Shown piece by piece: positions 25,818-35,380 of a stretch of 38,208 bases of DNA. The stretch lies in assembly GCA_045595605.1 (NCBI GenBank), contig JAZOAS010000133.1, forward strand, positions 1-38,208, written 5' to 3'. The position numbers and the translations under genes are program-made. The notes under the pieces were generated by a model, which saw nothing but the letters and a program-made list of their open reading frames with translations, did not search any database and was not told the origin of the DNA. Within the stretch, counting starts at the first letter, position 1. The number at the start of each line of letters is the position of its first letter. The DNA is from Eubacteriales bacterium (lineage in GTDB: Bacteria; Bacillota; Clostridia; Oscillospirales; JAAYXM01).

Positions 25818-27362
25818 ATGGAGCTTTTGCTTGATAAGAAAAAATGCGAATATTTAAACCGGATAGCGTCAGGAAACGCGATTCACGAGGAGAGTACGGA
25901 AATAATCGTATCCGATAAAAGTCCTGATATTTCGAGAATCATCCGTGGCGCGGGAAATGTATTTATCACAAACAAGGAGGCGCGAGAGGGCAAGGTTACA
26001 GTCGAGGGGAATGTAAAAGGCGTTGTTCTGTATATTGCAGAAGAGGAGCGGTGCATTCGCAAGCTCGAAGTTGCAATGCCTTTCTTCCACAGCTTTGATG
26101 CAGAAGGTGTGACGAGCGACTCAAAGGTCATGGTGCGCGCCAATTTAAGGTCGTTTGATGTAAGGGAGATTAACCCGAGGAAGGTATCTGTTCGTGCAAA
26201 TATCGATATCTCGTATAAGGCATATGAGATAGCTGAGAAGGTTACATATGAAAATGTATTGAACGGCGAGGAGTATGGGATTTATACAAAGAGGCGGGAT
26301 TTTTACGGATACTGTCCGATAATAATGAAGGAAAAAAACTTTTCGATAAGCGACGATATAGAGCTCTCCGGTGAAGGAACTGAGATGAGCTCAATCCTGC
26401 TCGAAGGAGTTTCTGTAAATCTTGCTGAGACGAAAATAATAGGAAATAAATCAATACTCAAAGGCGTTGCAGAGGTGTCGTATGTGTACGAAACTGAAAA
26501 CGGTATGGTACATTGTGACGAGCATGAGCTTCCGTTTTCACACATACTTGATATTGAAGGAATGGACGAGGAGCACGACCTTGATGTAGTGCTTTCTGTG
26601 TCAGGTTTTGAGTTTGACCCGCAGTATGATGCGGCAGGAAAGGCTAGGTATATCACAGTCAGCATAACTGCGGATGCGCTTGCAACGGTCTACGAGAAAC
26701 ACGAGGCACGAATAATGGATGATGCATACAGTACGATGTACGAAATTGATGTAAAGCGAAATGGCTTAACAAGTGTAAAGTGCTTGAACAGAGCGGAAAA
26801 ACGCGTTCCGGTGACGGAAAGCGTAAAGACAGGTAGTGGGGTGAAGCGCGTCCTCGATGTGACAGTTTCAGTCCTTCCACCGGTCAGAAGACGCGAGGAA
26901 AACCGAGAGTTTATATCGTCTGATGCGTCAGTTTCCGTTATGTATATAGGTGAGGACGATATGGTTTACAGTGCGAACCGACGCGTTCCTGTAATCTGTC
27001 CGCTTGAGCTTTCGGAAAACCATTCTTATGAGGTTTCATCACATATCTGCGGAAAGGGATATTCCGTCGGAACAGACAACGAAATTAATGTACGGTTCTT
27101 TACGGACTTTGACATAACAGAGACGGAAGAGGAAAATGTCCTGTGCATTACTTCAATGGCGGTTGACACTGAAAAAAGCAGAAACGCCGATAAGAGATGC
27201 GGAGTAACCGTGAAGAGGATAGATGCGGGGTGTGACGCGTGGTCGCTTGCCAAGGAGTACGGTGCTACGGTGGAAGAAATCTGCCTCGTGAACGGACTTT
27301 CCTGCGGCGAGAGATTGCAGGAAGGAAGAATGGTAATTATTCCGAAGTGTAAGCAAAAATGA
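25818..27362 (+). CDS. SPOCS (DUF3794) repeat plus LysM protein, SipL-like spore coat morphogenetic protein
   Basis: PDISRII, repeated beta-rich modules, C-terminal LysM-like WSLAKEYGATVEEICLVNGL. 514 aa. Confidence 0.82.
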   Translation: MELLLDKKKCEYLNRIASGNAIHEESTEIIVSDKSPDISRIIRGAGNVFITNKEAREGKVTVEGNVKGVVLYIAEEERCIRKLEVAMPFFHSFDAEGVTSDSKVMVRANLRSFDVREINPRKVSVRANIDISYKAYEIAEKVTYENVLNGEEYGIYTKRRDFYGYCPIIMKEKNFSISDDIELSGEGTEMSSILLEGVSVNLAETKIIGNKSILKGVAEVSYVYETENGMVHCDEHELPFSHILDIEGMDEEHDLDVVLSVSGFEFDPQYDAAGKARYITVSITADALATVYEKHEARIMDDAYSTMYEIDVKRNGLTSVKCLNRAEKRVPVTESVKTGSGVKRVLDVTVSVLPPVRRREENREFISSDASVSVMYIGEDDMVYSANRRVPVICPLELSENHSYEVSSHICGKGYSVGTDNEINVRFFTDFDITETEEENVLCITSMAVDTEKSRNADKRCGVTVKRIDAGCDAWSLAKEYGATVEEICLVNGLSCGERLQEGRMVIIPKCKQK

Positions 27363-28021
27363 CAGGAGTAGTTGCTTTTTTAGGTGTAGCGGCGGCGATT
27401 TTCGCGGCGGAGCTCGGTGACAAGACGCAGCTTTTCGTTATGGGACTTTCTGCAAAGGGAAAACCGGGAAAAGATGTTCTCGGGATGAGTATTTCAATAA
27501 TTCTTCTGAATATAATCGCTGTGTTTCTCGGGGTGGCGCTTTCAGATCTGATAAATCCGGGGCTCATAAAGCTTGCGGCGGGTTTTGCGTTTCTGATTTT
27601 TGCCTACCTTTCTCTTTCTGATGAGGCGGAGGCAGGTGAGGAGAAAAAGGTCGGGAAATTTGTGATATTAAGTATCGCTACGATGTTTTTTCTCGCAGAG
27701 CTCGGGGACAAAACCCAGCTTTCCGTAATCGCGCTTTCGGCCAGAGAGCCCCAAATCAAGCTTTGGATTTTCTCAGGCGCTACTGTGGGGATGCTTCTCG
27801 CTGACGGTGTTGGAGTTCTTCTTGGCGCAAAAATCGGGAGAAAAATTCCTAAAAAGATTTTCTCAAGGATAGCGTTTATGCTGTTTCTTGTGTTCGGCAT
27901 CGCGTCTGTCGGCGAGAGTATAGATTTACTCTTTCCCGGAAGGGCGATCATACCGACTGTTATAATTGCGCTTGTTTATATTATAATTATTTTTCTAGGG
28001 AGAAAACCTGCAAGGGCATAG
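27359..28021 (+). CDS. UPF0016 (TMEM165/GDT1) Mn2+/Ca2+ transporter
   Basis: Two AELGDKTQL motifs, multi-TM. ATGA overlap with the upstream gene. Confidence 0.93.
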   Translation: MTGVVAFLGVAAAIFAAELGDKTQLFVMGLSAKGKPGKDVLGMSISIILLNIIAVFLGVALSDLINPGLIKLAAGFAFLIFAYLSLSDEAEAGEEKKVGKFVILSIATMFFLAELGDKTQLSVIALSAREPQIKLWIFSGATVGMLLADGVGVLLGAKIGRKIPKKIFSRIAFMLFLVFGIASVGESIDLLFPGRAIIPTVIIALVYIIIIFLGRKPARA

Positions 28022-28022
28022 A

Positions 28023-28053
28023 AAAAGACCGATGCAATTTGCATCGGTCTTTT
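28023..28053. terminator. Bidirectional intrinsic terminator
   Basis: AAAAGACCGATGCA-att-TGCATCGGTCTTTT. Confidence 0.85.
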
Positions 28054-28062
28054 ATGTACAGA

Positions 28063-29109
28063 TTAAAGGTCAAGCTTTAAATCGTTTTCGCCAATCCAGC
28101 CGATTTTTCTGAAGAAAAGACCGAGGAGAGAGCAGATAATCGCGGGGAGGATAAAGTGAACGAGGAGCATAGCTATCCAGTGCTCTGCGCCTATTGCGAC
28201 GCCACTTTCTACCCAGCCTGTGTATGTACCAATCTGACCGACGAGACCGCAGGTTCCCATACCTGATGAAACTGCGGCGCCGTTCATTTCAAGCTTGAAG
28301 ATGCAGGTTGAAATCGGGCCTGTAATTGCGGAGGTAAGAATCGGAGCAATCCAGATTTTCGGGTTCTTTACGATATTGCCCATTTGAAGCATACTTGTTC
28401 CGAGACCCTGCGCAAGAACACCGCCCCAACGGTTTTCGCGGAAGCTCATAACTGCAAAGCCGACCATCTGTGCACAGCAACCGGCAAGAGCTGCGCCTCC
28501 GGCAAGTCCTGTGAGGGAAAGGCCTGCACAGATTGCAGCGCTCGAAATCGGGAGCGTGAGCGCGATACCAACGACGACGGAGACGATAATTCCCATAAGG
28601 AACGGGTGGAGAGTAGTTGCATACATAATAAGCTCGCCAAGCTTGCTTGCGGCGATGCCGATAGGCTCTGCAATAAGCATAGCAACGAGAATACCTGAAC
28701 AGATTGTGACAATCGGAGTGACAATGATATCAAGCTTTGTCTCTTTGCTGACGGCTTTACCAAGCTCAGTTGCGATAATCGTTATGATAAGAACGGCAAA
28801 TGCGCCGCCTGCACCGCCGAGCTGATTTGCCGCAACACCGACAGAAGTAAGTGAGAAAAGAACAAGCGGAGAGGCTTTGAGTGCATAGCCAATAGCAACT
28901 GCCATTGCTGCACCCTGTGCGCCTTTAGCAAAATTGCCGACTTCTACGAGAGCATCAATCCCGAACTGCTGACCGATGGTAGAGATAATCGTGCCGATGA
29001 GAAGAGAAGCGAAGAGACCCTGAGCCATAGCTCCGAGCGCATCGATAAAATAGCGCTTGAGTGAAAACTCGATATCCTTACGCTTTAAGAAAGCTTTTAG
29101 TTTTTGCAT
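28063..29109 (-). CDS. Stand-alone PTS EIIC-like membrane protein (PfoR-like)
   Basis: MAQGLFASLLIG, LPISSAA, GCCAQM, GLGTSMLQ, SGMGTCGLVG. SD AAGGAGG. Confidence 0.82.
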   Translation of the reverse strand: MQKLKAFLKRKDIEFSLKRYFIDALGAMAQGLFASLLIGTIISTIGQQFGIDALVEVGNFAKGAQGAAMAVAIGYALKASPLVLFSLTSVGVAANQLGGAGGAFAVLIITIIATELGKAVSKETKLDIIVTPIVTICSGILVAMLIAEPIGIAASKLGELIMYATTLHPFLMGIIVSVVVGIALTLPISSAAICAGLSLTGLAGGAALAGCCAQMVGFAVMSFRENRWGGVLAQGLGTSMLQMGNIVKNPKIWIAPILTSAITGPISTCIFKLEMNGAAVSSGMGTCGLVGQIGTYTGWVESGVAIGAEHWIAMLLVHFILPAIICSLLGLFFRKIGWIGENDLKLDL

Positions 29110-29158
29110 TGAAAAGACCTCCTTGTTTGTCGGAAAAATAAAATTTTTGTTGAAAAAT

Positions 29159-29234
29159 ATTTTATCACATCAGTTTGAAATGTCAAGATAAAAGCGCACA
29201 TAAGGTTGATTTTTTTTGTGAAATTTACTATAAT
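29159..29234. promoter_or_regulatory. Divergent sigma-A-type promoter pair
   Basis: Minus strand TTGACA(29186)-16-TAAAAT with extended TG; plus strand TTGATT(29206)-17-TATAAT. Confidence 0.65.
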
Positions 29235-29266
29235 TACAGTAATGAAAATTCAAAAGGATTGGTTTT

Positions 29267-30427
29267 ATGAAAAACGAAAAAAGAAAGCAGACGGTAATTT
29301 ATCTCGCAACAGTTGTGTTTTCAATATTATTTATCCTTGTTGGCAATATAGTTTGCAGACCGGAGATTTTTGAAAGCGGAGAAGAGATTTACTACCGTGC
29401 TGAGGTTGTGAAAATAAACGAAGTTGTAGAGGATGAGTATAGCCTCGACGGCGGAGAGACAATGGTCTCGAATAAGCGGATAATATTCGATGCTCGCGTT
29501 GAAAGCGGTCCGTATAAGGGGGATATTGTTGAGGTCTCGCAGGATGTTGACAATATGTACGCCTATCAGCCGCGTGATGCAGCCCCGGGGGATAAGATAT
29601 TGATTTCAAGCCCGGGCTATGAGATTGAAGAGGGCGATGCTGAGTGGGTGTTTATTGAGCATAACAGAGTTGGTAAGATTATTATTCTTATTGTTGCTTT
29701 TCTCCTTCTTATCGTCATTATCGGGCGTGCGAAAGGTTTTTCAACGATACTTTCTCTTGTCTTCACCGTTCTCGCTGTTTTTATGGTCTATATCCCGTCG
29801 ATTCTCAAAGGGTTCAATATCTATGTGATGACTGTTATAGTCAGCGTGTTTGCTATCTTTATGAGCCTTATAATAATCAATGGCTGGAATAAGAAGACTG
29901 CTTGTGCAATATTCGGAAATGTTATGGGCGTTGCGATTTCGGGAGTTCTGGCATTCTGGGTCAGTCGCGCGTGGGGACTTACCGGTATGGTGGACGAGGA
30001 TTATGTTATGCTCACGCTTTTTGATTCCCCGATTGACCTTCGTGCAGTACTCTGGGGAGGCGTAGTAATCGGTGCACTCGGCGCTATCATGGATGTTGCG
30101 ATGTCAATTGCATCGGCTATGAATGAGCTTAATGACGAAATGCGAGATAAGAGCTTCGGAAGGATGCTTCGCTCGGGAATGAATATCGGTCGCGATGCGA
30201 TAGGAACGATGACAAATACACTTATCCTCGCGTATATCGGCGGCGCGCTTGCCACGGTGCTTTTGCTTGTAGCTTACAACAAGAACATCAACTATCTTTT
30301 CAACATGGAAATGATTATGGCGGAAATTCTGTCAGCTATCGTCGGAAGTATCGGAATTTTGGCGGCAGTTCCCGCAACCGCAATTTTCTCGGCATATGTA
30401 TTCAACCGCGATAAAAGTGAAGAATAA
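29267..30427 (+). CDS. YibE/F family membrane protein
   Basis: IGALGAIMDVA, GMNIGRDAIGTMTNTLILAY, GSIG. Confidence 0.9.
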   Translation: MKNEKRKQTVIYLATVVFSILFILVGNIVCRPEIFESGEEIYYRAEVVKINEVVEDEYSLDGGETMVSNKRIIFDARVESGPYKGDIVEVSQDVDNMYAYQPRDAAPGDKILISSPGYEIEEGDAEWVFIEHNRVGKIIILIVAFLLLIVIIGRAKGFSTILSLVFTVLAVFMVYIPSILKGFNIYVMTVIVSVFAIFMSLIIINGWNKKTACAIFGNVMGVAISGVLAFWVSRAWGLTGMVDEDYVMLTLFDSPIDLRAVLWGGVVIGALGAIMDVAMSIASAMNELNDEMRDKSFGRMLRSGMNIGRDAIGTMTNTLILAYIGGALATVLLLVAYNKNINYLFNMEMIMAEILSAIVGSIGILAAVPATAIFSAYVFNRDKSEE

Positions 30428-30460
30428 AAAATCCTGCTGTGGTTTCACAGCAGGATTTTT
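30427..30460. terminator. Bidirectional intrinsic terminator
   Basis: AAAAATCCTGCTGTG-gttt-CACAGCAGGATTTTT. Confidence 0.87.
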
Positions 30461-30461
30461 A

Positions 30462-31115
30462 TTAAAGATTTTCAAGTGCCGTAATTATGTCGCGCGGGTT
30501 ATTTGCGATTATCTTTGCGCCGGAGGCCTTTAAAACATCCTCGTCGCGGAAGCCCCAGAGGACGGATATGCACGGAATGTTCGTGTTATCAGCCGTTACG
30601 ACATCAACCTCAGAGTCGCCTATGTAAACTGCGTCTTCAACTGTTTTACCTATCTTTTCAAGCGCGTAGAGAATCATATCGGGCGCGGGCTTTTTGGGAA
30701 GAAAATCACAGTTTCCGAGCGCGAAATCGCAGGTGTCGGAGAAAAATTGATTGAAAAGCCCCTGCACTGCGTCATCGTGCTTGTTTGAAACGATAGCGAG
30801 CTTGCAACCGCGTTTTTTCAGCTCTGCAAGAACCTCAGGCATTCCGTCATATGGGGAAGTCTTATTTGTCTTGTTTGTTTCGTAGTGCGCTTTGAAGGCT
30901 GCAAGTGTTTTGTTGAGAGTTTCTTCGCTTTCTCCTTCGGGGAGAGCGCGGACGATAAGGTTTTTTGCGCCGTTTCCGACAAAGGTTCGGATTTCGTCAA
31001 TAGTTCTTGTCGGGAAACCTCCGTTTTCAAGAGCGAAGTTTACGCTGTCGGTGAGGTCTTCAAGGGTGTTGAGTATTGTACCGTCGAGGTCAAGGATAAT
31101 AGCAGTCTTGTTCAT
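30462..31115 (-). CDS. HAD family phosphatase (phosphoglycolate phosphatase-like)
   Basis: DLDGT, SNK, KKPAP, IGDSEVD. Confidence 0.92.
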   Translation of the reverse strand: MNKTAIILDLDGTILNTLEDLTDSVNFALENGGFPTRTIDEIRTFVGNGAKNLIVRALPEGESEETLNKTLAAFKAHYETNKTNKTSPYDGMPEVLAELKKRGCKLAIVSNKHDDAVQGLFNQFFSDTCDFALGNCDFLPKKPAPDMILYALEKIGKTVEDAVYIGDSEVDVVTADNTNIPCISVLWGFRDEDVLKASGAKIIANNPRDIITALENL

Positions 31116-31131
31116 TGTAAAAAGGGTCTCC

Positions 31132-31770
31132 TTAAATCTTGCTTTTCCCGTAAGTTTTGCAGAATTTGTTTATACTGCACTCTTCGCATTTCGGGCTTCT
31201 TGCGGAGCATACTGCGCGCCCGTGAAGAACGAAGCGGTGGCAGAGGTCATTCTGCTCATCCGGCGGGATTATTTTTTTAAGCTGAAGCTCAACCTGCTTC
31301 GGGTCGAGACTTTTGCACAGACCGAGCTTGTTTGAAATTCTGATACAGTGGGTGTCTGCGACAACTGCAGGTTTTTTGTAAATATCGCCGAGAATCAGGT
31401 TCGCGGTCTTTCTGCCGACTCCGGGGAGAGTCAGAAGCTCTTCCATAGTATCGGGGACGCGACCGTGAAACTTTTCGATAAGCATATTTGCCGCTGCTCT
31501 TATGTCGCGTGCCTTCATACGAAAAACTCCGCACGGGTGAACGATTTTTTCAAGCTCTTCTATATCGCAATTTGCGATTTCGGAAAGTGTTTTGAAACGA
31601 GCAAAAAGCTCTCTTGTAACTATATTGACGCGAGCATCCGTACATTGAGCCGAAAGACGGGTTGCAAAAAGAAGTTCATACGGCTCGTTGTATTCGAGCG
31701 AGCAGAGCGCTTCTGGATAGTCTTTTTTTAGGTTCTCGACAATACCGAGGACTCGTTCTTTCTGTGTCAT
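31132..31770 (-). CDS. nth: Endonuclease III
   Basis: LSAQCTD, HhH LPGVGRKTAN, DTH, C-x6-C-x2-C-x5-C Fe-S motif. Confidence 0.96.
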   Translation of the reverse strand: MTQKERVLGIVENLKKDYPEALCSLEYNEPYELLFATRLSAQCTDARVNIVTRELFARFKTLSEIANCDIEELEKIVHPCGVFRMKARDIRAAANMLIEKFHGRVPDTMEELLTLPGVGRKTANLILGDIYKKPAVVADTHCIRISNKLGLCKSLDPKQVELQLKKIIPPDEQNDLCHRFVLHGRAVCSARSPKCEECSINKFCKTYGKSKI

Positions 31771-31796
31771 GTTATTCCTCGTCCGGGTCTTCGGTT

Positions 31797-31925
31797 TTAA
31801 TTTGTAAAGAGGTTTGAGATTTTCTTCGTTTTTGAATAGAAGAAATATCCGACACAGTAGAAAACAACGCCGAGAAGAGTTACGGCGGAAATGAGCTTGC
31901 CGATAAATGAGAAAAACTTTTTCAT
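31797..31925 (-). CDS. 42-aa single-TM small protein (absent from the ORF track)
   Basis: MKKFFSFIGKLISAVTLLGVVFYCVGYFFYSKTKKISNLFTN; AAGGAG 8 nt upstream; fills an operon gap. Confidence 0.65.
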   Translation of the reverse strand: MKKFFSFIGKLISAVTLLGVVFYCVGYFFYSKTKKISNLFTN

Positions 31926-31937
31926 GGTATGTACTCC

Positions 31938-32426
31938 TTAATAGCCTTTAACGGAATCGTCCAAAGAATCGTCATTCTTGACCCAGTCGTTAACAAGAAC
32001 GATAGTGTATTCTGTGGGGGTGTTTCTGATTACAACGCGCTCAATTCCTGCGTTTATAATCATTCTTTTGCACATTGCGCAGGAGGAGGTGTTGGGAACG
32101 AGCTCGCCTGTCTTCATGTCGCGACCTACAAGATAAAGCGTCGAGCCAAGCATCTCGGAACGCGGTGCCGCGATAATGGCGTTAGCCTCAGCGTGAACAC
32201 TGCGGCAGAGCTCGTAGCGCTCGCCACGCGGGATGTTAAGCTGCTCGCGGCGGCAGTAGCCGAGGTCACAGCAGTTACAGCGTCCGCGCGGGGCGCCTGT
32301 GTAGCCTGTTGAGATGATTGAATCGTGGCGGACGATAATCGCGCCAAAATTGCGGCGGAGACAAGTTCCGCGCTCAAGTACGGTTTCTGCAATGTCAAGA
32401 TAGTAATTGAATTTGTCTGTTCTCAT
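31938..32426 (-). CDS. Deoxycytidylate deaminase family protein (ComEB-like)
   Basis: TCLRR, HAEANAI, CAMC zinc motif. Confidence 0.9.
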   Translation of the reverse strand: MRTDKFNYYLDIAETVLERGTCLRRNFGAIIVRHDSIISTGYTGAPRGRCNCCDLGYCRREQLNIPRGERYELCRSVHAEANAIIAAPRSEMLGSTLYLVGRDMKTGELVPNTSSCAMCKRMIINAGIERVVIRNTPTEYTIVLVNDWVKNDDSLDDSVKGY

Positions 32427-32428
32427 AA

Positions 32429-33106
32429 TTACAACTCCTTTTGAGTGTTTTTGATTTTTCCGTCTGAAATTTCAATAACGCGCTGGGCGCGGTTTGCGAC
32501 AGATGAATCGTGAGTGATGAGGACTATGGTTGAACCTTTTGAATGAAGCTCAGAGAGAAGCGAAAGAATTTCTTTGCCGGATGCGGAATCGAGGTTTCCT
32601 GTCGGTTCGTCGGCAAGTATTACCGACGGTTGCTGTGTAAGCGCGCGGGCGATGGCAATTCGTTGTTGCTGACCGCCTGAAAGCTCGTGCGGGCGGTGCT
32701 TTGCACGAGAGAGAAGACCGACTCTGGAGATTGCCTCATATGAAAGCTCGCGCCGTTTCTTTTTCGGGACTCCTGCATAAATGAGGGGAAGTTCAATATT
32801 CTCAAGTGCGGTCATCTTTTCGAAAAGGTTAAAGCCTTGGAAGATGAAACCGATTCTTTTGTTCCTTATTTCAGAAAGGGCGTTTTTTGAAAGCTTAAGA
32901 ACATTCTCACCGCAAAGCTCGTAAGTTCCTTTTGTCGGGCGGTCAAGACAGCCGAGAATGTTCATAAGCGTACTCTTTCCCGAGCCCGAGGAGCCGATTA
33001 TCGAGAGAAACTCACCTTTTTTAACGGTAAGATTTATGTTGTTGAGTGCATACACTTCGCCCGAAGCCATGGGGTAGATTTTCGAAACATTTGAAATTTT
33101 TATCAA
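32429..33106 (-). CDS. ABC transporter ATP-binding protein (LolD/MacB type)
   Basis: GSSGSGKS, LSGGQQQR, LADEPTGNLD, ITHD. TTG start with SD GAGGAG. Confidence 0.93.
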   Translation of the reverse strand: MIKISNVSKIYPMASGEVYALNNINLTVKKGEFLSIIGSSGSGKSTLMNILGCLDRPTKGTYELCGENVLKLSKNALSEIRNKRIGFIFQGFNLFEKMTALENIELPLIYAGVPKKKRRELSYEAISRVGLLSRAKHRPHELSGGQQQRIAIARALTQQPSVILADEPTGNLDSASGKEILSLLSELHSKGSTIVLITHDSSVANRAQRVIEISDGKIKNTQKEL

Positions 33107-33119
33107 AGCGAAAACTCCT

Positions 33120-33156
33120 CAATATTATAGTGTCACAAAGTGACCGTATAATATTG
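33120..33156. promoter_or_regulatory. 37-bp imperfect palindrome (operator or leader hairpin)
   Basis: CAATATTATAgtGTCAC-aaa-GTGACcgTATAATATTG; 15 of 17 arm positions match. Confidence 0.55.
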
Positions 33157-33182
33157 TCCGCGGTTTTTGCGATAATATGCCG

Positions 33183-34055
33183 TTATACATTTGATTTGAT
33201 GTTTGGTTTAAATCCAAAGCCCAAAACCTCGTGGGTATTTGTTACAATCATAAATGCACTATCGTCAGTTTCGCGGACGATTTCCTTCAGAAGACCGATC
33301 TGGTTCGGATTTATTGCACACATAAGCATTTTTCGCGGCTGATTTGTATATGCACCCTCACCGTTCATAATCGTAGCTCCGTGGCCAAGCTTTTCGATAA
33401 CAAGACGGCCGAGCTCTGCTGCTTTCTCACTGAAGATGAAGGCAAGCTTATCCGTTGCGAGGCCGTAGAGAACGCCGTCTGTCGCAATTGATGCGGCGTA
33501 CATCTTGATGATTGCGAAAAGGATACTGTCCATACTCTGGAACGCCCACGCGCCGAGAAGGACGATAACCGTATCTGCTATGAGAACGAGGTTTCCGATA
33601 GAAACGCCCGTAAATTTCTGCTTTGCAACGATACCCACGATGTCAGTGCCTGCGGTGCTTCCGCCGCGGAGGAAAACAAGGCCTATGCCGGCACCCGTAC
33701 CAAGACCGCCGAAAATCGCGCAGAGAAGAGTGTCCTGGGAAAGGGCGGGGAGCCAACCCTCTGTAAGGCGCATAACGGCAGAGAGAGTAACGGAGGCGAA
33801 AACGGTTTTAGCCATGAACTTTCCGCCGATTCTCCAGATACCGATGAGAAGAAACGGAATGTTGACAAGAAGGGTAAGCAGACCCATTGAAACCTTGCCA
33901 CGGAAAAGGTTGAAGATAATGACTGAAATACCTGTGATTCCGCCCATGGCAATCTGCGTATCTCTTATGAAAAGATTGAACGAAACGGAAAAAAGCGCAG
34001 CGCCGAGGAAAATGAAAATATAGTCTATAATTGTTTTTTTGATATTGTTCTTCAT
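33183..34055 (-). CDS. YitT/UPF0750 family membrane protein
   Basis: GGITGIS, NIPF, GGSTAGTD, GEGAYT, AFM...EVLGFGF. Start at MKNNIKK. Confidence 0.9.
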   Translation of the reverse strand: MKNNIKKTIIDYIFIFLGAALFSVSFNLFIRDTQIAMGGITGISVIIFNLFRGKVSMGLLTLLVNIPFLLIGIWRIGGKFMAKTVFASVTLSAVMRLTEGWLPALSQDTLLCAIFGGLGTGAGIGLVFLRGGSTAGTDIVGIVAKQKFTGVSIGNLVLIADTVIVLLGAWAFQSMDSILFAIIKMYAASIATDGVLYGLATDKLAFIFSEKAAELGRLVIEKLGHGATIMNGEGAYTNQPRKMLMCAINPNQIGLLKEIVRETDDSAFMIVTNTHEVLGFGFKPNIKSNV

Positions 34056-34202
34056 TGTTGTTGTAAACCCCCGTAAGAATATGGTATAATCGGAATGTAA
34101 AGTTTTGTTTGCAACGAGAAATGAAATTGTTTCATACATTATAATAATATCATAATAACCAAACTATATCAAGTTATAAATCTTTTGAGAGGAAGAAGAA
34201 TA

Positions 34203-35336
34203 ATGAAAATCAAAGCAGAAAAAATTTACAGCAACGGAACGGTTATTCCGTCGGGAATAATCGAAATTGAGGATGGTAAATTCAAAGCAATTTCGCCCTC
34301 GGGAGAAGCAGATCTTGACCTTAGCGCATACACGGTTTTTCCCGGATTTATAGATATGCACACTCACGGCGGAAACGGAAAAGAGGCGGTATCCGCATCG
34401 TTTGAAGAGCTTGATGATATGTCGGCTTTTTATGCTGAAGGCGGTGCGGCTGCTTTTTGTGCAACGACGGTTACGGAATCGATTGATAATCTTGTTGCGG
34501 CAGAAAAGCGAATTTCAGACCGCATAAAGGCGGGCACGAGAGGAGCAAGCATTGCGGGTATATATCTTGAAGGTCCGTTTTTGTCACACGATTTCCGCGG
34601 AGCTCACGAAGAAACTCTTCTCAGGACTCCGACAAAAGAGGATATGGATAAGCTTATCGCGGCAGGTGAGGGAAATCTCCGCGTTATCGCGATTGCGCCT
34701 GAAATTGACGGTGCGCTTGACGCGATAGAATACTTCACATCAAAGGGCGTCAGGGTTTCTCTCGGTCATTCCGGCGCGAGCTTCAAGGAAGCGAAGGCGG
34801 GCTTTGAGGCTGGCGGAAGCATCGCGGTTCACACATATAACGCGATGCGCGGTCTTAATCACCGTGAACCGGGTTTTCTCGGCGCAAGTCTTATTGAAGA
34901 TAGCGCGTACGGCGAAATCATCTGTGACTTTCTCCATGTAGCACCGGAGGCGGTTGAAATCGCGCTTCGTTGCAAGGGTAAGGACAAAGTAGTTCTTATA
35001 ACCGACTCTATTGTTACGGCAGGACTTGCGGACGGAAATTATTTCTCGGGCGCACTTCCCGTAATCGTAAAAGATGGGGTCGCAAGGGCGGAAAACGGCG
35101 CGCTTGCAGGCTCGTCTCTCCGTATAAACCGCGCACTCGGAAATGTTGTTGAAACCCTCGGTGTTCCGCTTTCCGATGCTATGCTCTGGGTCACGAAAAA
35201 CCCCGCCGAGGCGCTCGGGCTTTATGACAGCATCGGCTCGATTGAAGTCGGCAAGCGCGCGCACCTCACAGTGCTTGATGAAAAGTTCAATGTAGTTATG
35301 ACGATTGTTGACGGAAAAATTGTTTATAAGGCATAG
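34203..35336 (+). CDS. nagA: N-acetylglucosamine-6-phosphate deacetylase
   Basis: PGFIDMHTHG, LEGPF, GHS, HTYNAM, LITD, LAGS. Confidence 0.95.
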   Translation: MKIKAEKIYSNGTVIPSGIIEIEDGKFKAISPSGEADLDLSAYTVFPGFIDMHTHGGNGKEAVSASFEELDDMSAFYAEGGAAAFCATTVTESIDNLVAAEKRISDRIKAGTRGASIAGIYLEGPFLSHDFRGAHEETLLRTPTKEDMDKLIAAGEGNLRVIAIAPEIDGALDAIEYFTSKGVRVSLGHSGASFKEAKAGFEAGGSIAVHTYNAMRGLNHREPGFLGASLIEDSAYGEIICDFLHVAPEAVEIALRCKGKDKVVLITDSIVTAGLADGNYFSGALPVIVKDGVARAENGALAGSSLRINRALGNVVETLGVPLSDAMLWVTKNPAEALGLYDSIGSIEVGKRAHLTVLDEKFNVVMTIVDGKIVYKA

Positions 35337-35344
35337 TTTTTTTG

Positions 35345-35374
35345 TTGACAAAGAACCCTTTTGAGGAATATAAT
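35345..35374 (+). promoter_or_regulatory. Sigma-A promoter of the mgtE leader
   Basis: TTGACA-18 nt-TATAAT. Confidence 0.75.
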
Positions 35375-35380
35375 TAAAAA

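Noticed and set aside
31771-31840. Frameshift fusing the 42-aa ORF to nth
   Set aside because: An overlapping frame reads into nth, but nth has its own GAGGA SD and a normal N-terminus; no convincing slippery site.
34160-34180. NagR/dre-like operator before nagA
   Set aside because: Only a 4-bp arm match (AACT...AGTT) and no GntR-family gene nearby.
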